Positions 8,345 through 17,289 of a stretch of 64,000 nt of DNA are shown here, piece after piece. Positions within the stretch are counted from its first letter, which is position 1, and each line of letters opens with the position of its first letter. Made by a program: the position numbers and the translations under genes. The notes under the pieces are model-generated. The model saw nothing but the letters and a program-made list of their open reading frames with translations, made no database searches and had not been told where the DNA came from. The stretch covers positions 5,821-69,820 of the forward strand of contig CAZXHT010000021.1 in the NCBI GenBank assembly GCA_964640665.1. The letters are read 5' to 3'. The stretch is from an uncultured Myxococcales bacterium. Lineage in GTDB: Bacteria > Myxococcota > B64-G9.

Positions 8345-9922
8345 TCAGCACCCGAAGGCGATGGTGAAACGGAATTCGACTTCCGATCCATCCGCCGTTT
8401 TCTGGGTCTTCCCTGTTTGAATTTTCTTGAAGCAGTTGTATTTTTCGAGAGCGGTTCTGATCTTTTCAACGGCTTCGAAGCTGTCGGTGAAGGCGGTCAG
8501 TTGGATGCGCTTGGGGCTGATGCTCATGTCCTTCATGCGCAGCTTCGTCTTTTCCGGGATACGCTTGTGCATCTCGCGCAGCACGTCCACGGCGCTCACT
8601 TGCGGGAGGGGATTTGTCTCCGGCGATATCTTTTCTTCCATGATCGACATGGCGACTTCGAGATCGTCGTAGGGCTTGCCCAGGATGGCCTGGGTGACCT
8701 CCTTCATGCGCGTGTTGAGAGCCTTTTCCGTGGATGAGAGGCTCAGGTAGCGTGTCGTTGCCAGCCCGATGGCGAGGAATATTGTGATCAATGTGGCTGC
8801 CACCAGGTGTACGACCTTTCCGCGCATGACCGCGAAATCGCCCTTGAAGGCAAAGGGTCCCTTGCGCAGATTGAGAAACCCGCGCCGGCCTCCCTGGTGG
8901 GCCTGCAGCGCCAGGCCCAGGGACTTGACCCAGCCGCTTGCACTGCCACTCTCATCCTGGAGGTGCTCCATGCCGGGCAGTTCGAAATGCTCGGCCCGGA
9001 TTACTTGTGCCTCAAGGCCCAGTTCCTCGGACAGGTAGCCGTCGAGATTCCTGATGGTAGCGCCGCCGCCGCAGAGCCAGATCCGGGAGACCCGACGCCG
9101 GGTCAGTGCCTGGTGGGCGGACAGGGTCTGGCGCAACTCGCGGATCAGGGTAGCCGTGGCGCGGCGCACGGCGTCCGAGATAAGTACCTGTTCGGGAGTC
9201 GCGGCGGTCTTGCCCGCGCCCTCGACGAAGGCGCCCTTCCGTTTGCCGTCCTCGGCTCTGGCGTGCTCGACCTTGAAAGCCTCGGCGAGTTGGGAAGTAA
9301 CCTCGTGACCGCCGCCGGACAGCGTCCGGGCGAATTCCACGCCGGCCGGGCCCATGATGCACAGGGACGACAGACGCTGGCCGATATCGAGCACTGCCAC
9401 CGAAGTATCGGGATCGTCGCTGCCTGGAAGCATGTCGAAAAGGCTGCTGTATGACAGGCTCTCGGGGCCGATCAGGCGCGGGTCGATGCCTGATTGTCCG
9501 AGGGTATCCAACCAGCCCGAAAGTAACTCGGTCTGGCACACCGCCACCAGCAGGCGCGATCCACCTTCTACTGCATCGCCGGCAACCAGGTACTCGAAGA
9601 CGACTTTGTCCAAGGGAAAGGGAATCAGGCTTTCCAACTCGAACCCGATGGTTTGGGCAATCCGCTTGCGGTCGGAAAACGGCAGGGTAAGAGGGCGGAT
9701 GGACACCTCGTTGCCGGGCAGGGCGGTTGCCAGCAGGTCTCCGTGGCCGCCGCTGTCGAGTTGGGAAAGCGCTTCGGCCAGGCGGGCTTGCCGAGGTCTG
9801 TCGTCCTGGGGCACGGGGACCACGCTGAAGTCGACCACCTCGACCGTGCGAAAGCTGCTGCGCAAACGCACTCTCTTTATCGATTCGTGTCCCAGATCCA
9901 GCCCGACCGTCATCTGCGCCAT
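8345..9922 (-). CDS. gspL: Type II secretion system protein L (PilM/PilN-like)
   Basis: VGLDLG actin-like start, LDIG, IWLCGGGA, LNLRKGPFAF + TM + PilN-like domain. Confidence 0.85.
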   Translation of the reverse strand: MAQMTVGLDLGHESIKRVRLRSSFRTVEVVDFSVVPVPQDDRPRQARLAEALSQLDSGGHGDLLATALPGNEVSIRPLTLPFSDRKRIAQTIGFELESLIPFPLDKVVFEYLVAGDAVEGGSRLLVAVCQTELLSGWLDTLGQSGIDPRLIGPESLSYSSLFDMLPGSDDPDTSVAVLDIGQRLSSLCIMGPAGVEFARTLSGGGHEVTSQLAEAFKVEHARAEDGKRKGAFVEGAGKTAATPEQVLISDAVRRATATLIRELRQTLSAHQALTRRRVSRIWLCGGGATIRNLDGYLSEELGLEAQVIRAEHFELPGMEHLQDESGSASGWVKSLGLALQAHQGGRRGFLNLRKGPFAFKGDFAVMRGKVVHLVAATLITIFLAIGLATTRYLSLSSTEKALNTRMKEVTQAILGKPYDDLEVAMSIMEEKISPETNPLPQVSAVDVLREMHKRIPEKTKLRMKDMSISPKRIQLTAFTDSFEAVEKIRTALEKYNCFKKIQTGKTQKTADGSEVEFRFTIAFGC

Positions 9923-9935
9923 TGCATTCTCCCGC

Positions 9936-11153
9936 TCACATCTCTCGCCAGTAAAGAATCTCTTGTCCCGAGGCCGTGTTCTTGAGCACCGTGCGGATCG
10001 TTACCGCCACCTCGCCTACTTGCCCGATCGCCTTGACCGAGAAGGTGTCGCTGAAAGGCGCTAAGTTTTTCAAGAAATAGGGGCTGAAGGTCGGCCCCAT
10101 GCTGTTGAAGAAGCCCTGGATGGCCTCTTTGTTGGGAACCATGAAAGTGGTCATCTGCATCAAGTTGCGAAACTCGAAAAACAGGGACAAAACCTCCAGG
10201 AGTTGCGGCAGACCTTGCTCTGTGCACAACGCCAGATTCTCGGGCTGCATGCAGAGCAACGAAAGCATCATCAGTGGATCGTTGACCGAAGTCAGGTTCA
10301 AAAGCAGAGCCGGGTCGGTACAGACCGTGAACTTGTCCCGGAACTCGTCCATGAAATCGTCGCCGATGCCCCTGATCATGTACAGTTCGTCGACGCTGAA
10401 GAAGGGGTCGTTCTTGTTCTCGTACGGATTTGCCAGCATGTCATAGAGCGAGTCTTCGTCGGAGGTGCCGGGCACGAACAGGACGGCTTGCGAGAAGGGA
10501 TTGACCACCAGCGCGTCGAGGTTGAAAGTGTCGATTGTCGTGTTGGCGTCGATCCAGTCGTGCATGGCCATGGCAATCTTGTCGGGAGAATTCAACTGGC
10601 CGTCGGCGTCTTCCTCTTCGAACATCACCTTGTAGCGGGGGTTGCCGATCAGCGCCAGGATCTGGGCCGTGATCGGGGCCGCGATGGAAGTAATGCTTTC
10701 GAGGGCGTTTATGTTGATCTTGCTGTACTCGTCGGTTATCTCCCCGTAGAAACTTCCGTCGAAATCTCCGAAGCCCCGCTTATCGCCCAGGTTGAGCCCC
10801 TCCAGCCCGAAGGCCGAGCCCAGTTCTCCGGATGTCAGGGCCTTGGCCAGGTCGCTCTCGATTGGGATGATCTGGTAAAGCTTGAGGACGCCGCCGGTGA
10901 AACGATCAACCTGTCCCTGGAAATGCAGCACCAGGCGGGAAAGGTTCACCGCCGAGCGGGCCAGGTAGTGTGCCTTGACCCGGTCCCTGACGTTGGCGGC
11001 GATCTGGACGTCGATCCTGGTTTGGTAGGCGAAGTCAACCACGATGGCCGATAAGATCGCCACTGTGACCAGCACCATCAGCAGGGCCATCCCGCGATTG
11101 TTTCCGGCGAGTCTGCGAACCTGCACGCTTCTTTTTCGATCGCTGATCTTCAT
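9936..11153 (-). CDS. gspK: Minor pseudopilin K
   Basis: RGMALLMVL prepilin site lacking E5, KININ, HhH-like DELYMIRGIG. Confidence 0.9.
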   Translation of the reverse strand: MKISDRKRSVQVRRLAGNNRGMALLMVLVTVAILSAIVVDFAYQTRIDVQIAANVRDRVKAHYLARSAVNLSRLVLHFQGQVDRFTGGVLKLYQIIPIESDLAKALTSGELGSAFGLEGLNLGDKRGFGDFDGSFYGEITDEYSKININALESITSIAAPITAQILALIGNPRYKVMFEEEDADGQLNSPDKIAMAMHDWIDANTTIDTFNLDALVVNPFSQAVLFVPGTSDEDSLYDMLANPYENKNDPFFSVDELYMIRGIGDDFMDEFRDKFTVCTDPALLLNLTSVNDPLMMLSLLCMQPENLALCTEQGLPQLLEVLSLFFEFRNLMQMTTFMVPNKEAIQGFFNSMGPTFSPYFLKNLAPFSDTFSVKAIGQVGEVAVTIRTVLKNTASGQEILYWREM

Positions 11154-11860
11154 TGTGAGCGCTTTATAAAATTGGCCAAGGGTTTCAAGGTGAAGATCCT
11201 GGTGATGACGGCAAAGGGCGTCTCCTTGTCATACTCGTCGACAACGATCAGGGTTATTCGCACCATGCGCGGCAAGCGGTTCAGCCGTTCGATCTGCGAG
11301 CAGTCCCACTCGTCGACCCAGTCATCCTTTGTCTCGTCCCACAACTCGATGCGCATCTCCTGGACGTCGGGGCAGAGCACCTGCGCCACTCCGCCCTCCT
11401 CCGGCTCGCCGTCGATACGCGCCTTCTCGCGGCGCATCAGGTTCATCTTCGACGAGTCGTCCGGATCGCTGGCGCCGAAATAGGTGATCACGTTCTGATC
11501 CGATTCGTGGGCGTCGCGGAACAGCCGCAGGTGCGAGAAGGAGGTGAACACCATGTGATCCAGCTTGCCTTCCTGCTCGACCTTGAAAAGCGTGCGCTGG
11601 CGGTGCTCACCCGTGGGAGTGTCCAACTCGCGACAGTCGTAGACGAAAGCCGACGAGATTTCCCGCGACATGCGCTCCAGCGCCACCCTGACCGTATGAT
11701 AGCGTTCTTGTGCCTGCATCACGAACTCGCGCGAATCGAAGGCGCGCGCAAAGCTTCCGGCGACGAGCGTCATTATCATGCCGGTGATCGTCAGCGCGAT
11801 CAGCAACTCGATTAAAGTGAAGCCGCAATTTCTATTCTTGGGCGTCACGCTCGACCTCAC
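11150..11860 (-). CDS. gspJ: Minor pseudopilin J
   Basis: GFTLIELLIAL prepilin motif, LNRLPRMVRITL tail, operon position. Confidence 0.88.
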   Translation of the reverse strand: MRSSVTPKNRNCGFTLIELLIALTITGMIMTLVAGSFARAFDSREFVMQAQERYHTVRVALERMSREISSAFVYDCRELDTPTGEHRQRTLFKVEQEGKLDHMVFTSFSHLRLFRDAHESDQNVITYFGASDPDDSSKMNLMRREKARIDGEPEEGGVAQVLCPDVQEMRIELWDETKDDWVDEWDCSQIERLNRLPRMVRITLIVVDEYDKETPFAVITRIFTLKPLANFIKRSQ

Positions 11861-12666
11861 TTGCCCATCGGCGAAAAACGGCCCGGGACGCCCTTGTTGA
11901 TGGACGTCTTCGCGCCGGGCGGCAGGTTGGTCGCGCCAGGCAGGCCCGAGCCCGCGGCCATGCCGGGCTGGGTCCCGGGCGTCATGCCGGGCTGCGCCCC
12001 CGCCCCCGACGGGGCCTGGGGCACCCTGACCAGGTGGGTGGACAGCACCAGCTGGTAGCCGGGGCCGCCTTCGCCCCAGGAGACCGTTAATTTCTCGAGA
12101 CGGATGGACTCCTCGAGCATGGTGGCCAAGGCGTCAACCTGTCCCCGCAACATCTCCGGGTTCAGCATGGATGCCAGGCCGCCCATTCCGCCCCCGCCCG
12201 CAGAGCCCTTGCCGAGCAGTCCCTGCTGCTCGAACATGCCCTTGAACTGGCCGAACTCGTCCGAGCCTTTGAGCTTGTCGAGGGCTGATGCGGATTTGGC
12301 TTCCTCGCCCTCGCCGCCCAGTCCTGACGAGGACAGCATGTGGTCGAAGGCCGCATCGAGCGGCAGCTCCACCTTGAGAACTTCCAGCTTGAACTGGAAA
12401 TGCGGATACCCCTGGTCGTCGAAGTCGCCCTCCTCGGTGTCGTCCATGTCAGGGAAGCCTTCCTTGGTGAGTTTCTCCTCGGCTTCTTCCATCTTGGCCT
12501 GGGCCAGGAAGGTGGCCACGGTGAGTTGCTTGCCGTAAGTGCTGAGATTAATGGCGCCGCTCTGCACCTGCAGCAGGGCCACGTATGAAGTAGCCAGGAT
12601 ACCCAGGGCGACCATAACCTCGAGCAACGTCGAGCCCCGCCGGGCGGCTGTCAGCCGACCGATCAT
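11857..12666 (-). CDS. gspI: Minor pseudopilin I with Gly/Met-rich insert
   Basis: RGSTLLEVMVALGIL prepilin motif, operon position. Confidence 0.82.
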   Translation of the reverse strand: MIGRLTAARRGSTLLEVMVALGILATSYVALLQVQSGAINLSTYGKQLTVATFLAQAKMEEAEEKLTKEGFPDMDDTEEGDFDDQGYPHFQFKLEVLKVELPLDAAFDHMLSSSGLGGEGEEAKSASALDKLKGSDEFGQFKGMFEQQGLLGKGSAGGGGMGGLASMLNPEMLRGQVDALATMLEESIRLEKLTVSWGEGGPGYQLVLSTHLVRVPQAPSGAGAQPGMTPGTQPGMAAGSGLPGATNLPPGAKTSINKGVPGRFSPMGK

Positions 12667-13313
12667 TCCTCGGGGCCCTCCACGTACTGGGGGTAGATCT
12701 TGACGCTGCCGAGCAGCGCCTCGACCGACAGGGTGTAGATGTCCCGGTCGTCGTCAACCAGGTGGATAACCGCGCGCTCAGTCATGCCGGTCGGAAAACA
12801 GTACAGGTAAGCCCGTCCGGTCGTGACCCTGTCGTCCTGGTGCGCCACCCAGACGTCATCGATGGAAATACCGTCTGGCAGGCCGGCCTTCTTGGTTATC
12901 GGCCCAGCGAAGTCGGCAAATGAAGCGCGGGACTTCGGCTTCCACATATCGCCGCTCTCTATGAATGAGCGGCCCATGAAGCGCCGGGCGCGATCATTTT
13001 CTTCGGGAGGCTGCAACTCACCGTCGCTCACCCGGGTCTTCTCGCGCTCGAGCAGGAACTTGTCGCTGGAGCTTTCGACCCAGTAGCTGTTCTCGTCCAG
13101 GTCGAAAACCACACGGAAGGGAGAGTTTTTCCTGGCCGCCAGATCGTAGGTGTAACGAATGGCGCCCGCCAGCCTGGAGGCCGAGGTCTTGAGGTTCATG
13201 CCGGTGATGTTGCTGACCGAGGGGATCACCATGGAGATGATCATCACCATCAGCGAGATGGTGATTACCAGCTCGATCAGCGTGAAACCGTGATTTCGGG
13301 GTCTGCCTGCCAT
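12663..13313 (-). CDS. gspH: Minor pseudopilin H
   Basis: GFTLIELVITI prepilin motif, CFPTG motif, operon position. Confidence 0.82.
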   Translation of the reverse strand: MAGRPRNHGFTLIELVITISLMVMIISMVIPSVSNITGMNLKTSASRLAGAIRYTYDLAARKNSPFRVVFDLDENSYWVESSSDKFLLEREKTRVSDGELQPPEENDRARRFMGRSFIESGDMWKPKSRASFADFAGPITKKAGLPDGISIDDVWVAHQDDRVTTGRAYLYCFPTGMTERAVIHLVDDDRDIYTLSVEALLGSVKIYPQYVEGPEE

Positions 13314-13340
13314 GCGGCTCTCCGTTGCCGTCCAATCTCC

Positions 13341-13748
13341 TTACTGTTCGAGGGAAAGGTCTTTGTCGAAACCCTCCCCACCCGAGGCGCCGTCGGCCCC
13401 GAAGGACTTGATGGTGTACGAGCGGGCGTTATGGCGCACGTACTGGAACTCGTTGCCCCACATGTCCTTTGGGAGACTTTTCATCACACCCTGGGTGACC
13501 AGGATCTGTAGCCCCTCCTCGGTGGATGGATAGGACACCGACCTGATCTTGTAGGCGTCCAGGGCTTCCTCGACGTTGTGCATCTGGATCTTGGTCGCGT
13601 CGACCTTGGACTGCTCCTGCTGCCTGACGAAGAAGACCGTGATCAGGGTTGCCATCATGCCCATGATGGCGATGACGACCATGATCTCGATCAAAGTCAT
13701 GCCCCGCACATCCCGGGCAACCATCCGTAGCTGCTTGTTCTTTTTCAT
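13341..13748 (-). CDS. gspG: Major pseudopilin G
   Basis: GMTLIEIMVVIAI, YPSTEEGL, LPKDMWGNEFQY, SFGADG..GGEG.DKD. Confidence 0.93.
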   Translation of the reverse strand: MKKNKQLRMVARDVRGMTLIEIMVVIAIMGMMATLITVFFVRQQEQSKVDATKIQMHNVEEALDAYKIRSVSYPSTEEGLQILVTQGVMKSLPKDMWGNEFQYVRHNARSYTIKSFGADGASGGEGFDKDLSLEQ

Positions 13749-13785
13749 TCCGTATCCTCCGGCTCTCTTTTATATTATCAACTGT

Positions 13786-14334
13786 TTAGGCTTCTTCTTC
13801 ACGCGGCCGTTTCCGCCAGCTTCGGTAGAGATAGCCGACCAGGATCAAGGAACCCGCCGTGATCGATATGTCCGCCAGGTTGAACGTCGGCCAGTGGGCC
13901 CGGCCCGCCCAGGAGACGTCGATGAAATCCATTACCTCGCCCCGCACAACACGATCGGCCAGGTTGGAGATCGCGCCCCCGAGAATCAACCCTAACGATA
14001 TCGAGGTGGTCCTGGACCAGCCGAGTGTGCGCACGGCGAAGGTGACTATTGCAAAAATGGCCAACACGCCCAGGGCCAGCAACACCGGCAGACGCAAATT
14101 GTCCGGGAGGTTGGCGAAGAGCCCGAAGGCCCCATGTGGGTTGGACCGAAGCTGCAACTCGAAAAACCCCGGAACCAGTTGCAGCGGGCGGCCGGGTGCC
14201 AGGAGCGAGCCTGCGATCCACTTGCTGATCTGGTCCAGCATACCGGCGGTCAGCCCGATCGTCAGCACGACGACGGCGTGATAGACGCGGTACCCGGCTT
14301 TATTCCGGCCGGGGGTTTGTGGATCGCGGTTCAT
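13786..14334 (-). CDS. lspA: Lipoprotein signal peptidase II
   Basis: DQISK, N..GAFGL, SNLADR, VMDFI and FNLAD (both catalytic Asp present), four TM segments. Confidence 0.9.
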   Translation of the reverse strand: MNRDPQTPGRNKAGYRVYHAVVVLTIGLTAGMLDQISKWIAGSLLAPGRPLQLVPGFFELQLRSNPHGAFGLFANLPDNLRLPVLLALGVLAIFAIVTFAVRTLGWSRTTSISLGLILGGAISNLADRVVRGEVMDFIDVSWAGRAHWPTFNLADISITAGSLILVGYLYRSWRKRPREEEA

Positions 14335-14338
14335 TGTG

Positions 14339-15556
14339 TCACCTTACGAACTCGTTGAGCTGCATGATAGGCAGCAGGATCGACAAGACCATGAAGGCGA
14401 CTGCGCCGCCCATGAAGACGATCATCAGCGGCTCAAGCAGCGTGGTCAAGGCGTTGATGCGGTTCTCGGCCTGATCCTGGTAGCTTTCGGCAACGTTGTT
14501 CAACATTTCTTCGAGCTGGCCCGAACGCTCTCCCACGGCGATCATGTGGATCACCAGGGGGGGGAATTCTCCGCTGCGCCTGAGCGGGGCGGCGATGCTC
14601 TCGCCCTCCTTGATGCTGTCGCGGGCGTCGTCGATGGCCCGGGCCAGGATCTTGTTGTTGACAATCGAGCGCACGATCGAAAGAGCCGTCAATAGCGGCA
14701 CGCCGCTTACCAGCAGCGTCGATAAGGTCTTTGCGAAGCGCGAGATGGCCAGCATGCGAATGATCTTACCGGCGATAGGCATATCCAGCATGAAGCGATC
14801 CCAGCGCAGGCGCCCCCGTTCGGTCTTGATGTACTGGATCAGGCCGATGATGCCCAGCACCAGCAACACTAAAATGAGCCACCAGTAATCCCTGACGAAG
14901 TTGGCCATGGTAAGGAGCACCTTGGTCGGCAAGGGCAGGGCTGCCTTGCGGTCGGCGAAGATCTTGGTGATCTTTGGTATAACCACGACCATCAGGATGG
15001 TTAAAATGCCCATCCCGATCATTACCATGATTGCCGGGTAGGTCATCGTGCCGATCACCTTGGAGCGCAGCTTCGCTTGGCCCTCGGTGAAATCCGCCAG
15101 ACGGTTGAGGACGACATCGAGGGCGCCCGACGACTCGCCGGCGCGGATCATGTTGCAATACAGTTCGGGGAAGACCTTGGGATGGTGACCCATGGCGTCC
15201 GCCAGCGAACTGCCCTCGTTCACCCGCTGCTTGACCTGTGCTGTGACCATCTTTAAAGTCTGGTTCTCGGCTTGATCGATGACAGCGCTGAGGCTCTCGA
15301 CCAATGTCACGCCGGCCTTGAGCAGGGTTGCCAGTTGGCGCGTGATCACGGACAGCTCGCGTGTCGATACTCGCGCCGTCAGTTTTTTCAGATCGATCTC
15401 GCCGCGCTTGGTGCGTTCTTGCTGCTGCTGGATCTCCGTCGGAAAGACGCCGTCCTTGCGCAGCAGAGATTGCAGGGTGCGGATGCCGTCCGCGTTGCGA
15501 ATACCGCTTACGGCCTTGCCTGAACTGGATACACCCTTGTAGTGGTAGACGGCCAT
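14339..15556 (-). CDS. gspF: T2SS inner-membrane platform protein F
   Basis: TRQLATLLKAGVTL, GESSGALD, GERSGQLE, LLEPLMI. Confidence 0.95.
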   Translation of the reverse strand: MAVYHYKGVSSSGKAVSGIRNADGIRTLQSLLRKDGVFPTEIQQQQERTKRGEIDLKKLTARVSTRELSVITRQLATLLKAGVTLVESLSAVIDQAENQTLKMVTAQVKQRVNEGSSLADAMGHHPKVFPELYCNMIRAGESSGALDVVLNRLADFTEGQAKLRSKVIGTMTYPAIMVMIGMGILTILMVVVIPKITKIFADRKAALPLPTKVLLTMANFVRDYWWLILVLLVLGIIGLIQYIKTERGRLRWDRFMLDMPIAGKIIRMLAISRFAKTLSTLLVSGVPLLTALSIVRSIVNNKILARAIDDARDSIKEGESIAAPLRRSGEFPPLVIHMIAVGERSGQLEEMLNNVAESYQDQAENRINALTTLLEPLMIVFMGGAVAFMVLSILLPIMQLNEFVR

Positions 15557-15562
15557 GATAGC

Positions 15563-17278
15563 TTAGAACGTGTCCTCCTGGGTTACCCTGAGAACTTCCT
15601 CGATCGTTGTGATGCCCCGCGCTATCTTGTCGGCTCCGTCCTCGCGCAGGGTAAGCATGCCCTTGGACATGGCTGCGTGTTTGATCGTACCGGAGTCCGT
15701 GTTCTTGAGCACCAGCCCGCGGATGTCGTCATCGACCACCAGAAGCTCGTAAATTCCCAAACGGCCGAGGTATCCGGTCTTGAAGCACTTGGAGCAGCCG
15801 ACGGCCTTGTAGATCGACTCGGGCATCTGGACTCCGTCGTCACGCAGCCCCAGCTTGTTCCATTCGTCCCTGGTAGGTTTAACTTGCTTGCGACAGTGCG
15901 GGCACATGGTGCGCACCAGGCGTTGGGCCAGGATGGCCACCAGGGATGACGCCGCCAGGAACGGTTCGACACCCATGTCGACCAGGCGCGTGACGGCTCC
16001 GGCGGAGTCGTTGGTGTGCACGGTCGAGAAGACCAGGTGACCGGTCAGCGATGCCTGGATGGCGATCTCGGCAGTCGGCAGGTCGCGTATCTCGCCCACC
16101 ATGATCACGTCGGGATCCTGGCGCAGGAATGATCGCAGGACGTTGGAAAAGGAAAGATCGATCTTCTCGTTGACGTGGATCTGGGCGATGCCCGGCAACT
16201 GGTACTCGACGGGATCCTCGACGGTCAGGATGTTGATCTCGGGCGTGTTGATCTTGGTCAAGGCCGCGTAGAGTGTCGTCGTCTTGCCGCTGCCGGTCGG
16301 GCCGGTGACCAGGACGATGCCGTGGCTGAGGTGAATGAGCTGGTTCATCTTGCGCAGGTTGCCCTCGTTCATCCCCAGCTCGTTCAAATCGAGCAACACG
16401 GCCGTCTTGTCCAGCAGGCGCATGACCACGCGCTCACCCTGCACGGTGGGAACCGTGCTCAGGCGGATGTCGATGTCGCGCCCGGCCAACTTGATGCGGA
16501 TGCGGCCGTCCTGTGGCAGGCGCTTCTCGGCGATGTTGAGCCCGCCCATGATCTTCACCCGCGAGGTGATGCTCGACTGAAAACGCTTCGGCGTGCGCAG
16601 GATCTCGTAGAGGATACCGTCGCGGCGGAAGCGCACCGAGATGTCTCTTTCCATCGGCTCGATGTGGATGTCGGAGCAGCGCTCCTTGACGGCCTGGAAG
16701 AGCAGCGAGTTCACCAGCCGGATGATGGGCGCCTCGTCCGAGGCATCCAGCAAATCTTCAGGTTCTTCCAGTTCCTGTGCCAGCGAGTCGAGATCGGTTT
16801 CTTCGAGGTCGTCCACCAGCGCCTCGGCCTCGCCGGCCGCTCGGTCGTAGAGGCGGTTGATGCCGTTGAGAATGGTCTGACCGACGGCCAGCACCGGCCT
16901 GATGGGCTGGCCGAGCAACACCCTGACATCGTCCAGGGCGAAGGTGTTCAGCGGATCGGCCACGGCGACGATGACTTCCTCGCCATTCTGTCCCAGGGGC
17001 AGGACGAGTTGCTGCTTGGCGAAGTTGATCGGTATGCGGCGCACAAGTTCGGGGTCGACCCCGTCGATGTCGATGTCGTCGACCACCGGCAGGTCGAGTT
17101 GGGTCGCCAGTGCCTGAACCACGTCCTCCGCCGAAGCGGCCTTGATCGAGACCAGGATCTCTCCGATCCTGCCTCCACGCTCGGCCTGCGCGGCAAGCGC
17201 CTGTTCGAGTTTCTCCTCGTCGAAGCCCGTCTGTTCGAGAAGGATCTGACCGAGCTTTCTGGTGTCACCCATTGTCAC
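15563..17278 (-). CDS. gspE: T2SS ATPase E with N-terminal MshEN-like segment
   Basis: SDIHIEP, Walker A GPTGSGKTT, LRQDPDVIMVGEIRD, TGHLV, CxxC...CxxC. Confidence 0.95.
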   Translation of the reverse strand: MTMGDTRKLGQILLEQTGFDEEKLEQALAAQAERGGRIGEILVSIKAASAEDVVQALATQLDLPVVDDIDIDGVDPELVRRIPINFAKQQLVLPLGQNGEEVIVAVADPLNTFALDDVRVLLGQPIRPVLAVGQTILNGINRLYDRAAGEAEALVDDLEETDLDSLAQELEEPEDLLDASDEAPIIRLVNSLLFQAVKERCSDIHIEPMERDISVRFRRDGILYEILRTPKRFQSSITSRVKIMGGLNIAEKRLPQDGRIRIKLAGRDIDIRLSTVPTVQGERVVMRLLDKTAVLLDLNELGMNEGNLRKMNQLIHLSHGIVLVTGPTGSGKTTTLYAALTKINTPEINILTVEDPVEYQLPGIAQIHVNEKIDLSFSNVLRSFLRQDPDVIMVGEIRDLPTAEIAIQASLTGHLVFSTVHTNDSAGAVTRLVDMGVEPFLAASSLVAILAQRLVRTMCPHCRKQVKPTRDEWNKLGLRDDGVQMPESIYKAVGCSKCFKTGYLGRLGIYELLVVDDDIRGLVLKNTDSGTIKHAAMSKGMLTLREDGADKIARGITTIEEVLRVTQEDTF

Positions 17279-17289
17279 AGGCTCCCGTG

